Origin: the human T2T-CHM13v2.0 reference genome, Homo sapiens
NCBI RefSeq assembly: GCF_009914755.1
Contig: NC_060927.1
DNA length: 64,000 nt
Strand: one strand, 5' to 3'
Shown: piece by piece, positions 1 through 12,295 of the stretch
Layout of the letters: the number at the start of each line of letters is the position of its first letter
Position numbering within the stretch: the first letter of the stretch is position 1
Made by a program: the position numbers and the translations under genes
Notes under the pieces: generated by a model
What the model was told of the DNA's origin: nothing
The model's input: the letters and a program-made list of their open reading frames with translations, nothing else
The model's database searches: none

Positions 1-1167
1 AAACAAACTGATGCTTTAATCTTCTCTTTTTGTTATACAATCAACAAATCTGCATAGTCTTTTTCATGGTGAAACGAGCTGGAGAATAGATTTGTGATGA
101 AAGTTAAAGGCACCATGGCATGTGAAGCAAGACGAGGTCTGACTATACATTTTTCAGAGATTTCGAGAGTAAAGTTGGGAATATCATGCAGGCCTAGGGC
201 TCGTAGGCATAGATTTTTTTCAGGATAGCAATTTTTCAGATTTTGAAGTAGTCTTATGACAGCTCAGAATGCCTGTCTGGGAGTGCACTAACCTTCATAT
301 CTACTCCCTTTTGGACGTGCCACGACTCACACACGCTGTGCACACTCCAATGAAGCTACTCATTTTGACAAACAGACTGAATTTTGATCAATCTAACTCA
401 GCCTCAAAAATACACTAATCCCCCAAACCCACCCAAGTTATTATATTGCCTCGTTACTGGTCCCAATAAGCATGTGCCTAGTGTCAGTCTTAGACGACAA
501 ACCTTAGCTGGAGCCAAGTGTATCTTAGCAGATAATTTGTTGGAAAAAAAAAAAAAAACAAAACACAAACAAAACTTTTATCCTTGGGCTGTTGCCAATT
601 ACTGCTAAGTAAACTCACCAGCATGGAACATCACCTCTTCCCCTCCCCAACACACACACATCCAATCCCTCAACGTCCTTTAATATTTTATATAATATAT
701 TTTATATAATCATTCTCCTTTCATGGCTGTAACAGGTTGTATGTGAAGTCATTTGCTATAGACAGAGCTTATCATCATCTGAAGCTATTCAGTAATATAA
801 ATTAATGAAACTTGAGGTGGCAGCATGCATTCTGCATGTGAAAGTTATGCCTTTTCCTCCAGTCTGTTAGTTTACAGAAGTGTTAGGGCTCCAAGCATAC
901 TCAGGCCCACAAAGGAAGAACAAAAAGGCATCTGTATCTTTAAAAGGTCGGGATCCTTAGTTGGAGTTAGAGCCAATGTGCACAGTTTTTACAAGTATCA
1001 CTTCTGAAAGGTCCATAATATCATAACCAGAAAATCTGTCATAATCTCTTCCAAGCATTAAAGACTTTTGTCATTTGGGGGAAAACAATAAAGGGATTTT
1101 TAAAATTTCATAATCAGCTCCTCTCTTCTTTTTAGCATAATGAAGAATGCAAGAGTCATTTCCATTT

Positions 1168-1390
1168 AGTAAGTACATCCTATATGCCTGGCACTGTGCT
1201 AAGCATTTTACATGGCTTATCCCCTTTAATCTTGACAAGCACTCTATGAGGGCCATAACATTACCTCTCCATTTTACAGATGAGAAAATGGAGACATAGG
1301 ACAAGTATGTAACTTACTTGAGGAAACACAGTGAGCGGGATGAGTCTCGGAACCAGGCAGGCTCATTCCAGAGTCCTGCTCTTCCTACCT
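1168..1390 (-). mobile_element. MIR SINE
   Basis: Reverse-complement MIR core (ccattttacagatgagaaaatggag), preceded by tgcctggcactgtgctaagcattttacatg. Confidence 0.8.
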
Positions 1391-3539
1391 CCCATCTGTC
1401 ATTGGTACAATCTACAACAAACGCCTAGACTGAAATGATTTCCAGGGACCTATAGTTAAACATCCTATTTTTCCCCATTCTGATACAAGGTAGTCTCCTT
1501 CCTCTCAGACTATGTCTTTATGATTCCAAGCTAAGTATGTCTTTGAAACTGAAGAATATGTGTTTTATTTCCACTCAACTTGAGCAGATACAAAGATATG
1601 AGTGTGACTAAATGAGCCCACCTAGGGTAAAATTTATGCAGAAGTGGATAAATCAAGGTAGTAGTTCTTTTAATTGATCAAAGTAAATCAATTCCTTTGA
1701 CCTTCAGTCTTTTGGACATAGTCAAAATAAAGATGCGATGACAGCTTAGAAATATCAATATCTCAAGGCAGCTGGTTCGTCATTGGTGCAAAATATAAAA
1801 AGCAATTCCAACGGAATCATTTTTGGAGAGCTTTACAAAATTCTCACCTTCCCTTTACTCACTCCCACCATGTTTTTTTTTTTTTTTTAATTTCTATTCT
1901 TTGGCTAGCTGGAAAGGGCTGAGGTAGCACTTCAGGTTGAATATTGCAAAGTGTCTATCTCACCTGGGTAATTTAAAAAGGAACACAGCTGTCAATAAGC
2001 ATGCTGAGAAGCGTGACAAAGACGAAATTCAGAGTCCCCAAATGCATTCCTTTGCACCTGAGCAGTGAGCTCCCCATTTTAAATCCACTTGAGCCAATAA
2101 AATTCAGATGGATTTTATAGGGGGAAAATGCAACTGACATAGAATCAATAAGGTTGAAATTTCTCTTCAAGTGGCAGCTTCTGGATGAGAAGCAGGGCAT
2201 TCTAGTCATAAAGTGAGCCTGTAAAATGCTGCATTATGAGAAAGGATTATGAGTGGTGAAAATGTTGCTAGAAGATAGAACCTAGCTCACAACACCTTTG
2301 CTAAATTTACCCAAACTCAGAGGGATCTTAAAAACAAACAAACAAACCGCTAACAAGCAAACAAAAACCACCCACCACAAATTGGAAGAACTAAGAGTCA
2401 AGTTTTGAAGTGGTTAACACAATATTGAGTTCTTGGTGTGATCTGCTGTGTCTAATAAGCAACAGCTTTTGAGCTACTCTTGGTTAGGCACCCAGTTAGT
2501 TAAAAAAAGTTCAGAGTGCAGTACACAATAAAATACATTTCCAAAATGATAGTCATTTTTGTCAGAGGCAAGCTTGGTTAACTCCTCAATTCTGGATTAT
2601 GTCTTTCTCTTGTTCTTAAAAAAAAAGTCATAATTGGGTGGTTTAATCAGAAAGTGTGGTATTAGAGCCAATACTGATAAATAAATTCAAATCAATTTGC
2701 TTTTTTCAACAGCATTTATGAGAGTTCTAAATATACTAACGGCCATCAAACGAAAACTTTTACTTTAATAAAATATATTGTGCTCAACCACAGTGTTCAT
2801 CAAATATAGACTATCCCTAAAAACTAATCTTATAGGCAAGTTTATAAAGTATATCATATTTCAGTCCCTAGCTAGAAGATGCTGCTTTCTTCAGAGGGGT
2901 GACTAAATTCCAAATCAATAGTACTGAGGATTGTACTCCATCTTGCCTATGTTTCAACCTGCCCTTTCTTTGGCTACAGATGTGTGTACTTAAACATATT
3001 GATCATTAAGCACTTAAAAATTATCTATTAAGTATGGAGAAAGCAGCTGGTGTTAACACATAATTAGTTTTGGACTAATCTTGCATTTTTCGTTAAACAT
3101 TCTAGGCTGGTGTACAAATAGAGCTGGTGGTCCTGTTACATGCTTGTGTAAGAAAATAAGTCAGTGAATATTTTGAGCCTGAAATCAGCACATGAAGCAC
3201 TAAATCTTCTAGAAGAGGCTCTTGGTCATCAGTGTGTCTTTAAATGTTTAAAGATTCAGGGTTTGAAAATGGAAACACCTCAGTCTCTCCACTCTGCAGA
3301 CTAATGGATCTGCATAATTAATATATTTTACTGTGATTTTTTTTTTTTTAACACAAATTCTAGCCAAAAGTACTATTGGAAAATTGTTCAGGGGCAACTC
3401 CAAACATGTTTTCTTATAGTTTCTAGAAAGCTTACTCACAACACAGGCTATCAGTTTACCATGGAGCTTTGAGTTGGCCAATCTAAGTGGATGATCATGA
3501 CATTATTTTCTTTTGGAGTAAATGATGTGTTGGGCATAA

Positions 3540-3895
<356 letters not shown>

Positions 3896-4264
3896 TTACA
3901 CAATCTTTAAATCCTCCCAAATTACCACACCTTGTCTCAATGTAGACTTACTGGCAAAGATATAACAAATATTTTGGGCTCATTTTATTTCTGGTAAAAT
4001 ATGGCTTTCAGAATATATGTGTCAAATATGAATTATTATTGCAAGGACTTCTTAAGTCACCATATTGACATTCACTTCTCAATGTTGAACCCACACATCT
4101 TTATCTGGCTTTAGATCTCCACGAGGGAGGAAAATGGATAAGATTTTCCAAAACCTGTGACATTCAAACTACCTTCATATGAAATTGAATGGCAGAGGAA
4201 AAACATTTTTTTTTAATTGGGGGAAGATTTTAGAAAAAGTCTGGAATGTGGATGTCACTTTTTT

Positions 4265-4375
4265 TCTATTTAATAAATATTTAAGGATGCCTACCATGTG
4301 CCAGGCACCATGCTAGGCATGGGAGATACAATGATGAACAAATATATATAATTTCTGCATTCCCAGAACTAAATG
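4265..4375 (-). mobile_element. L2 3' end fragment
   Basis: aataaatattt...ctaccatgtgccaggcaccatgctaggcatgggagatacaatgatgaacaa matches the reverse complement of the L2 3' end. Confidence 0.7.
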
Positions 4376-4835
4376 CCTTCATTTTTCCATTTTCTCACCT
4401 AAACTGAGTTTCTATTTCATGGCCCAGGATGTGTTTTCTTAAAAGCATAATTGAACTGTTCTAGTAAGGCATTTGCAGGAAATGTGTGCTTTTGGTCCTA
4501 TATGTTCACACTCAGTGAAGGAACAAGAGTGAATCCACTTATTTACTGATGTGATTATTGTCTGCTGAAATGGAGTGGTAGGAAGCAGGGAGCTGGAAAA
4601 GATTTTGTAGTGTGTGTGTCTTATAAGCATTATTTATTGCTTCGAGGCATTCTCAGATTTGATAGGCCATTCTCATTCTTGGACAGTATTGGGAGAGGAA
4701 AGAAGGGAAAAAAGCTTTGAAAGGAAAGAAAAGTAAAGAAGATAAAGAATAAACAGAGAAGGTGCCTAAAGAAACTATGATTTTCCCTGGCAATCTGAAA
4801 TAGATCTAACTTGTATTATCTGGTTTTTTGTGGGT

Positions 4836-4968
4836 ATTCACTCACTCATCTATCTATTCAATAAATTTATATATTGGGTACCCTCTTTAAGCCAAGTACA
4901 CTACTAGATGCTAGGGCACAGAAATAAACAAGATACACTAGTTCCTGAATTCATGGAACTTCTAATAG
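4836..4968 (-). mobile_element. L2 3' end fragment
   Basis: cactcactcatc...ttcaataaat...ctagatgctagggcacagaaataaacaaga...tcatggaacttcta. Confidence 0.55.
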
Positions 4969-4970
4969 AC

Positions 4971-5178
4971 CAGGATTTCTCAAACTTGGTACTATTAACA
5001 TTCTGGTGCAGATAATTCATTATTGTTAGGGGGCTGTTTTATGTATTATAAGATGTTAAGCAGCATCCCTGCCTTCTACCCACTATGTGTCAGTAGCAAT
5101 CTCCCCACCCAACCCCCAGGTTGTGACAACCAAAATTACCATCAGACATTGCCAAATTGCCCCTGGCTGAGAACAGTA
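4971..5178 (-). mobile_element. MER20 (hAT-Charlie MITE)
   Basis: caggatttctcaaacttggtactattaacatt...cagcatccctgccttctacccacta...gttgtgacaaccaaaa...cagacattgccaaa...tgagaac. Confidence 0.9.
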
Positions 5179-5379
5179 CAGGAAACGCAGTAATTGCCAC
5201 CACCTTTGACCAAATCCTCCCACCATATTTCTACTTTTCTTTCTTTCAGATACTCTGCTGCACAGTTTACCCTAGGGTTTTTAAGTTGCTTTCCCCGAAT
5301 ATACTAGTGCCATTTGCCAACAAAGACAAGTAAGGCATCTCTAAGTCCTTTTACTATTACTATCCCTTACCTTTGCATA

Positions 5380-5590
5380 ACACTTTACCACATTTGTGTA
5401 GCTTACATTATCTCATTTGATTCTAGCAGTCAACTAGTAAGACAATATTAAAATATTATCACCTTCAACAAGTGAATAAATGGACATTTAGATGGTTACA
5501 AGCCCAAATTCTTACAGCTAATAAAGGATAGAACCTGGATTCACACTCACATGTCCTGGCTTAAAAACCAGTGTTTTTCTACACAATTAT
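5380..5590 (-). mobile_element. MIR SINE (diverged)
   Basis: ttatctcatttgattct...acagctaataaaggatagaacctggattcacactcac. Confidence 0.55.
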
Positions 5591-6594
5591 ACTATTTCAT
5601 GGGGAAAAAGGTAAGCAGAGTTAAAGCATACTTTTACTCTTTGAAGCAGTTCAATAAGGGCAGCACAGCAGTAGTTAGGGAATTTGAGATCTACAGGCTT
5701 GGCTTTCTTACTCAGCATTTATTAGCTGAGTGGTTTTGGACTGCCCACATACATTCTTAGAGTCTCCCCAGTAGTTCACGGAATGTAGAGTGATTATTGC
5801 AAAAGCTGCAAGAAGCCCTAGAGATCAGCCTACCACAGTAGAGAGAGTGCGGGTTTTGAAGTCGGATGGATCAGGTGTGTGAGTCAGCATCCAAGCAGGA
5901 AGCAGATAACACCTTCAAACTATCTGATCTCTTGCTGGTGACTCTACACCATTAAAACTTAATTTATTTAAGTCAGAAAACTGAAGCCCCAAGAGATGAG
6001 TTGAATTGCCCAAGCTCTATGGTGAATTTGGTACAAAAGGAAGATAACAGAAGAGCTCAATGTCCTTCCAGCCTAGTGAGCTGAAGAACCATTTTAAACA
6101 GAGGAAGGCTGGCATATGGATCTGGCTCAAATCAGAAATGTATGTGTTTTGGGTTATAAGCAGATGTCTAGGTACCTGAGACAGGTTCCTGGTTTTTCAA
6201 CTGGACGTACCCAAACATCTTTGGGGGTTATTTTAGCCAGTTTCAGCCTCACTAAAGGATGCAGAGCATGTACTCCTAGGTGGCTCTTAGAAGACTGGTA
6301 GACATGAAAAACACATAAAAGGCAGGTGGTGGTTTGCAGTGGGCTTGTCACACATGCTCCTGAGCTTGGATAGATGCAGGGCTTCGCCAGGAGATGGGGC
6401 TCACACTGTTTGTGGGCCCATATCCTTGATCTTTTGATGAGCTGTTAAAAGGTATCTGTAATTATCGAGACCCTTGGCACATTTGCCAAGATAAAAGGCC
6501 TTTCAAGTATATTGCTCTGGCAGCATTCCCAAAAAGAAAACTATCTTCTACCTGCATTGCCTCAGAGCACTCAAACTTGCAAAGAGAGGAAATA

Positions 6595-6790
6595 GGTCCA
6601 AATCCCGGCTCTGCGATATAGGGGTATGTATGGCCTTAGACAATTCATCTGCCATCTTGGGGCCTTCGTATCTTCATCTGCAAAATGGAAATAATGAGTA
6701 CCATTATGAGTAATAATGAGTAACTTCCCAGAGTTATGAAGAAGATTGCTGTCATAGATGAAATAGGAAAGTACTGTTGAAACTGTGCAG
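6595..6790 (+). mobile_element. MIR SINE
   Basis: ccaaatcccggctctgc...tcttcatctgcaaaatggaaataatga...cagagttatgaagaagatt. Confidence 0.65.
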
Positions 6791-7725
6791 GCCTGGACAA
6801 TAGCATTGTTATTTTCTTCCTCTGTAAGTCAAAGTCCATTTTGCTATCAGTTTTCATTCCATGCCCTCGATGAGTGCTTGAGGTTAGGGGAACCATTTCC
6901 CCAGTCTACCAGGAAACTCACTGCAGTTATGGGATGGGTTTAAAGTAGTCTGGAAATGCTTTGCTGGGTGATTCCATCTCAAGGGGAGATTTATGCCTTA
7001 TTATAAATTGCAGGAAGAGAGAGTCATCACTGAAGAATAACTATAATAAAACCAAATGCAATATGTATAAAGCCATTCCCTATGATTAGCTCATCTTAGT
7101 AATGCCCCTGAATTTTCCTTTCCACTTTCTTAAGACCCTGTTACCCCCATCAGTCTTGCCATTACCCATTTGTTGTGGAGTCAGGGCAGAGGCGGCAGGG
7201 ACTTACAGGACCTGGACCTTGCCCATCAGTTTCTAACACTGTGACTTCAACGCTCTCCCCTCTCCACATGATCCTGGAAGCTCCTCAGGGGAATTGACAA
7301 GTCATAATTTTCTCCCCAAGTACAGATGCTCGGAGAAAGCCTCTCTTTGCCTGCTCTGGGTTTCTCATTAGCCCCCACTATAGGATATTCAAGGGTTTCT
7401 CATTTCTCATGTTTTATTTACCTCAAAGCATCTCCTAATACATTTGATCAGAAAACTCGGTTAGCTCAAATTTTTTTTGAAGACCATTATCTGCTGGCAT
7501 TCCTCTCCCAGGCTCCTTCCCTCAGCTCACCTCTTCACTCTGAGTGGTATTTATAAACTCCTCAACTTCTGAGGCATTTGGAAGACACCCTCCTTTCTTC
7601 CTCCCCCAGACCAGTTCCCTGATATAATTTTTTTCTCTTTCTCCCACTGCCTTCACACTCAAAGAAAGGGTTTCTCAAACGTTTTTTCTCTGGATCTCTT
7701 CAAAAAGGCAAGAATGTTTTCTTAT

Positions 7726-7885
7726 TTGCTCACTCATTCATTTGTTCGTATGTTCATTCATTTGTGCATTCTATGTAATACTGAGCAGCCACTGGGTGCC
7801 GGGTTAAGATTTGGGATACGGAGGTAACTAAAACAAACATGGTCTCACGTAAGACTTGCAATCTAGTCGGGGGGACAGGCAATTT
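7726..7885 (-). mobile_element. L2 3' end fragment
   Basis: (cattcatt)-type tail, gggatacggaggtaactaaaacaaacatggtc...cttgcaatctagtcggggggacag. Confidence 0.65.
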
Positions 7886-8154
7886 AAAAATCCCTCAAAA
7901 GTGATTTAATTATCATTATAGTAAGTGCTAAAAATAAAAGCTAAGCCATCTTGGGTACTAATTATGTGACAGGCACGGATCCAAGTGTTTTATGCATATT
8001 AATTCATTTAAGCCTCGCAACTATGCTTTGAGGAAGTTAAAAGAGGAGAGGATTAGTGCCCATAAAACCTGAAGGGCATAGACTCCATTAGTAAATTTGT
8101 GAATATTGGAATGAGGATGATACACCAGGACAAGATGCTAAGAGTTTGCATAGA

Positions 8155-8386
8155 TGACATTTATGTAGCACTTTCTGTTTACCAGGCACCATGCTCTATA
8201 CCTCATACACAGGACTTGAACCTTCACAACAGCACCATGAAAGATCACTATCATTATTTTAAGAATGGGGAAAATGAGACGTAGAGAGCCTGAGCCACTA
8301 GTCCAAAGCCACACATTGTGTATATGGTGACTCTGAGAGTATAGCTTAGGTGCGTTTGACCCCAAGTCTAGGCTCTCACCCATTAT
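8155..8386 (-). mobile_element. MIR SINE
   Basis: ccaggcaccatgct...ccttcacaacagcaccatga...gaatggggaaaatgagac...ccaaagccacaca. Confidence 0.7.
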
Positions 8387-8583
8387 GTTAACCTGTGAAA
8401 AGTTGACATTAAATATTCCTCATACAGTTTATGTCCTGGTAAATACTGGTAAAATGGAGGGAAAAAATGGATCTTTTTATGTGTATCTCAATTAGAGCCA
8501 CAATAATCGTTCTTGAAATAAAATGGAACTTTGTATGTACTGAGAGTGTCGAATCCTTAACCTTTAAGCATATTTCCATGTAA

Positions 8584-8750
8584 CAGCTTCCTGTTCAAAG
8601 GGTGAGCTGAAGACCAGCAGCGTGGGCATCACCTGGGAGCTTGTTAAAAATGCAGAGTCTCAGGTTCCATCCCGACCTATTGAGTATTGGAATCTACGTT
8701 TTAATGATCTCCAGATGATTTGCATACACACTTATGTTTGAGAAGCTCAG
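8584..8750 (+). mobile_element. MER5A1 (hAT-Charlie MITE)
   Basis: gaccagcagcgtgggcatcacctgggagcttgttaaaaatgcagagtctcagg...gtttgagaagc. Confidence 0.85.
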
Positions 8751-8952
8751 ATCTAGCACAAGTTAAAAGAATAGGCTTCCAGCCCTGGTTGTGATGCTAA
8801 CTGACCAGTTGTTTGACCTGCCCAGATTTTCTTTGCCTTTTCAGTGGAAATGACCTCAGCTCTCTTCACAGAGGAGTCAGGAACCCCCCAACAGAAGAGC
8901 CTGGGGAGGAAGATTCCACAGAAACTCAGAGACTCTTTTTTACCTCTGGAAT

Positions 8953-9030
8953 CAGTTTCTCACTAAGTAGTCCAAGGACCACCTACATGAAAATCATCTG
9001 GGGAGTTTATTAAAAATGATGTTCAGATTA
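8953..9030 (+). mobile_element. MER5B-like fragment
   Basis: gtccaaggaccacctacatgaaaatcatctggggagtttattaaaaatg. Confidence 0.55.
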
Positions 9031-9034
9031 AAAG

Positions 9035-9190
9035 TAGACCTGTCAGAATGGCAATAAATGCCAAAAATAGGGTGTCATAATGTCTTCAAACACCAAGAGA
9101 AAATGGCTGTTAGATGAGAATTGAGTATCTCTCCCAAGGTGTTTATCTGGGATAAGGATGCAATAAAGTCATTATCAGACAAACATTAAA
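9035..9190 (+). mobile_element. Ancient L1/HAL1 ORF1-region fragment
   Basis: aatgtcttcaaa...gagaaaatggctgttagatgagaatt...aataaagtcattatcagacaaaca resembles the L1 ORF1 3' region. Confidence 0.4.
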
Positions 9191-9264
9191 TGACATCTAA
9201 ACTTCACATTTGATTAATCTCCTTTTGGGAGGAACTGACACTGGAATGGGTACTTTGGATCCAC

Positions 9265-9475
9265 CCAAACTTGAAGTTCAAATCCTTGCTCCCATTACCC
9301 ACTACCTGTGTGACTTTTGAGTGACTTACGTTTTTGAGCCTCCGTTTTCTCGTCTGTTAAAAGAGGAGCAAATTCTCACCATTCAGGAAAGAGAGCAGCT
9401 CTTTTGAGGTTCTTTATAACGTAAATAAGTATGTGGTAAACAGTACTACAATAAATAAATCACAACTATTATTAT
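9265..9475 (+). mobile_element. MIR SINE
   Basis: gttcaaatccttgctcc...ctgtgtgacttt...gagcctccgttttctcgtctgttaaa. Confidence 0.7.
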
Positions 9476-9624
9476 TGGTTATTCAACATAAAGAGATTTC
9501 ACAAAAAGTTACTTTTAAATTATCTGTATTATCATGATATAATCATTATTGCAGTAGATAGAAACCTATTTAGAATAACTTTTGAAGTAATGTTTAATTT
9601 AATTTAGCATACAGTTCTTGTTAC

Positions 9625-9800
9625 TTCATTCATTAATTTATTCATTCAGTAAATGTTTATTAATAGTCTACTAAGTACCAGGAGCTTGCCCAAACACTGG
9701 GAATGCAGTAGTGTTATATGCTATATGGAGGGGTGAAATGAGGGACAGAAAATGTTAGATAGAATAAGAGCTATAGAAAAATACAAATCAGGTAAAGGGG
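9625..9800 (-). mobile_element. L2 3' end fragment
   Basis: ttcattcattaatttattcattcagtaaatgtttatt...ctaagtaccagg...cactgggaatgcagtagtg. Confidence 0.65.
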
Positions 9801-10345
9801 ATGGGCTGTTCTTTCAAATACATATTTTAATAATTGAATTAAACAGTAAATTTATCAGAAGAAACTTACAGAAAAATTTTGGAAATAACTATGTTTACCT
9901 TTGTGAGTTTTCCAATTTTCTCTCTAGGTTTTCTTTTAAATGAAACTCAGTATTTGAAAATTTTAAATTGATTCGAAGCTTGTTGACCAACCAACACCAC
10001 TTCTTCTGCTTCCCAGAGAATGTGTAACTATTGCAGGTTTATGACCCTTAATACTTAACAAAATCATTCGTTATTTTATGTGATACTAACAATAGCCCCA
10101 TGAAACAAACAGGTGAATTGCATATTGAGTTTTCCATTAAGGGAGAGAAACTATGGCTCAGGAAGGCCATTTCCAATGGATCAGAATTTTACCACTGGTT
10201 AATAGGGATGTGGGAGACACAGACAAAGGTCCTCATTCTCCAAATTCAACTTGGACTTTACCACAGGATCTCTACTTATTTGTCAATCCCTTGAAAACCT
10301 CCCATAAAACAAAGGTGAGGGCTCTGGGGTGGCAGAGATCTCTGT

Positions 10346-10375
10346 GTGATGTGATGTGATGTGATGTGATGTGAT
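10346..10375 (+). repeat. (GTGAT)6 pentanucleotide STR
   Basis: Read directly. Confidence 0.95.
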
Positions 10376-11346
10376 TATTCTGCATGGTGGGGAATGGTTG
10401 AGGTTATTGTAGGTTTAAACTATTACCATTGCCTAAATATGAAGGTGTTGAGGATAAAAACAAAATAAATGATATAAAGGCAAATGGAATTTATGAGCCA
10501 TGGAGCATCAGCTTCAAGAAAATGTTAGACTTATATGTGGAAAACATATTAGGTTATAACGGAATTTTCCAAACTCAACTTTACTTAAGTTTTAGAATGG
10601 AAAGTTTAAACATTCAATCCAAATAAGATCTTTTTTAATACTTTCTGATTTTAATTTAGGAATAATTTTATTCTTACTGGCCCTAATTTGACGTTATAGT
10701 TTAGTGAATTCTACCAGCTAAGTGTCCAATAGGTACCTTGAAAATGTTACCTCTCTCCTTATTCTCTCTGGTCCACAAACAATGCTATTACTTAATAATT
10801 GAAATATTTGAGCCAATATGTTAAAGGAGACAAAAATATCATTTCTAATTATTATAACTCTTATAGGACAATTAGAATACCACTGGGCTTCAAGAGAGCA
10901 GTGTCCATCCCTGGACTCTAGAATGGCCTGATTAATTTTCCAGTCTTATTGAGGTTAAAATTCACATTACACTGTTCAAACTCTACTTGGAATTATTTCT
11001 ACAGTGAAATAATGACATTTTAAACTATCATAATTGGTCATGCCTTTGCTTCTTTCACACACATGCTGCTACATTTTTCCCCCAACTATGTTTGGAGTAT
11101 GAAATTTGGGAAAGAATAAGAAACACCCTAGGATGTTCGGCCATCCTTGATAGTGATACAAATAGCTAAAGTGGTAGTACAAATCATTTCCTAACGTATG
11201 TGGCTCCAAAGTTCTGACAGGGCAGATGTTCACCCAGAAATGGGTCAACTTAGTTGACAAGTATGGTTGAAGATTATTAGTTAAATAAGCCTAAAAAAGT
11301 CCCCAATTTCCCTCTCTGATTTTGCTTCTGTACATAGTCATGTTTG

Positions 11347-11348
<2 letters not shown>

Positions 11349-11378
<30 letters not shown>
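11349..11378 (+). repeat. (GT)15 microsatellite
   Basis: Read directly. Confidence 0.95.
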
Positions 11379-11380
<2 letters not shown>

Positions 11381-11481
11381 ATCTTCAGATGTTCTCAAAG
11401 TCAAATGTCAACTGCTTTATCCTGTTCCCGTTAAGTTTATTCCAAAGCAGACCTCCAATATCAAGGCCCTTCTTTTCTTCC

Positions 11482-11840
11482 TATATTAGTCAATTTTCAC
11501 ACTGCTGATAAAGACCTTCCACAAGACTTGGCAATTTGCAAAAGAAAGAGGTTTAATGGACTATCAGTTCCACATGGCTGGGGAGGCCTCACAATCATGG
11601 CAGAAGGCAAGGGGTAGCAAGTCACATCTTAGATGGATGGCAGCAGGCAAAGAGAGAGAGAGCTCGTGCAGGGGAATTCCTCTTTTTAAAACCATCAGAT
11701 ATCATGAGATTTATTCACTATCACAAGAACAGCAGGGGAAAGACTTATCTCCATGATTCAATTACTTCCCACTGGGTCCTTCCCACAGCTTGTGGGAATT
11801 CAAGATGAGATTTGGATGGGGACACAGCCAAATCATATCA
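11482..11840 (-). mobile_element. THE1B solo LTR (ERVL-MaLR)
   Basis: Minus strand starts tgatatgatttggctgtgtccccatccaaatctcatcttg; internal gggaggcctcacaatcatggcagaaggcaa; 5-bp TSD cttcc/cctcc. Confidence 0.92.
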
Positions 11841-12064
11841 CCTCCCTAGTGTCTAATACATGGCATTTGGCATACTGTAGGCCCTTAAGTATTTGTTGAA
11901 TAATTGACAATCATTTAGAATTCACACTCCGAGCAAGGAGCATTCTGTTGCATCAGTACCTTTAAGCCTCTCCAGGCCAACTTGCTGGGTGAAGAGTAAA
12001 TAATTTGATGAAATTGGTCATAAGGATATGGGAATGGGATGGGAGGGGTAAGGATTACAGTTTC

Positions 12065-12295
12065 CATTTTTTTGAGCCCTTCAGGCACAAGGTAGACTAT
12101 GTTAAATAAATTTAATCATTGAATTCTCACAACAGCCCCGTGAGACAGGGGATCACCCTCTCATTTTACAAAGAAGGAAACAGAAGACTTGATGGGTTTA
12201 GAAATTTGTTTAAGAGTGTGGAACTAGGAAGTGATGGTGTAAACTTTACTCCCAGGTGAGCTCAAACCCACCATCCATGCTCTTAACCACTGCAC
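12065..12295 (-). mobile_element. MIR SINE
   Basis: aattctcacaacagccccgtgagacagg...cattttacaaagaaggaaaca...catgctcttaaccactg. Confidence 0.75.
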
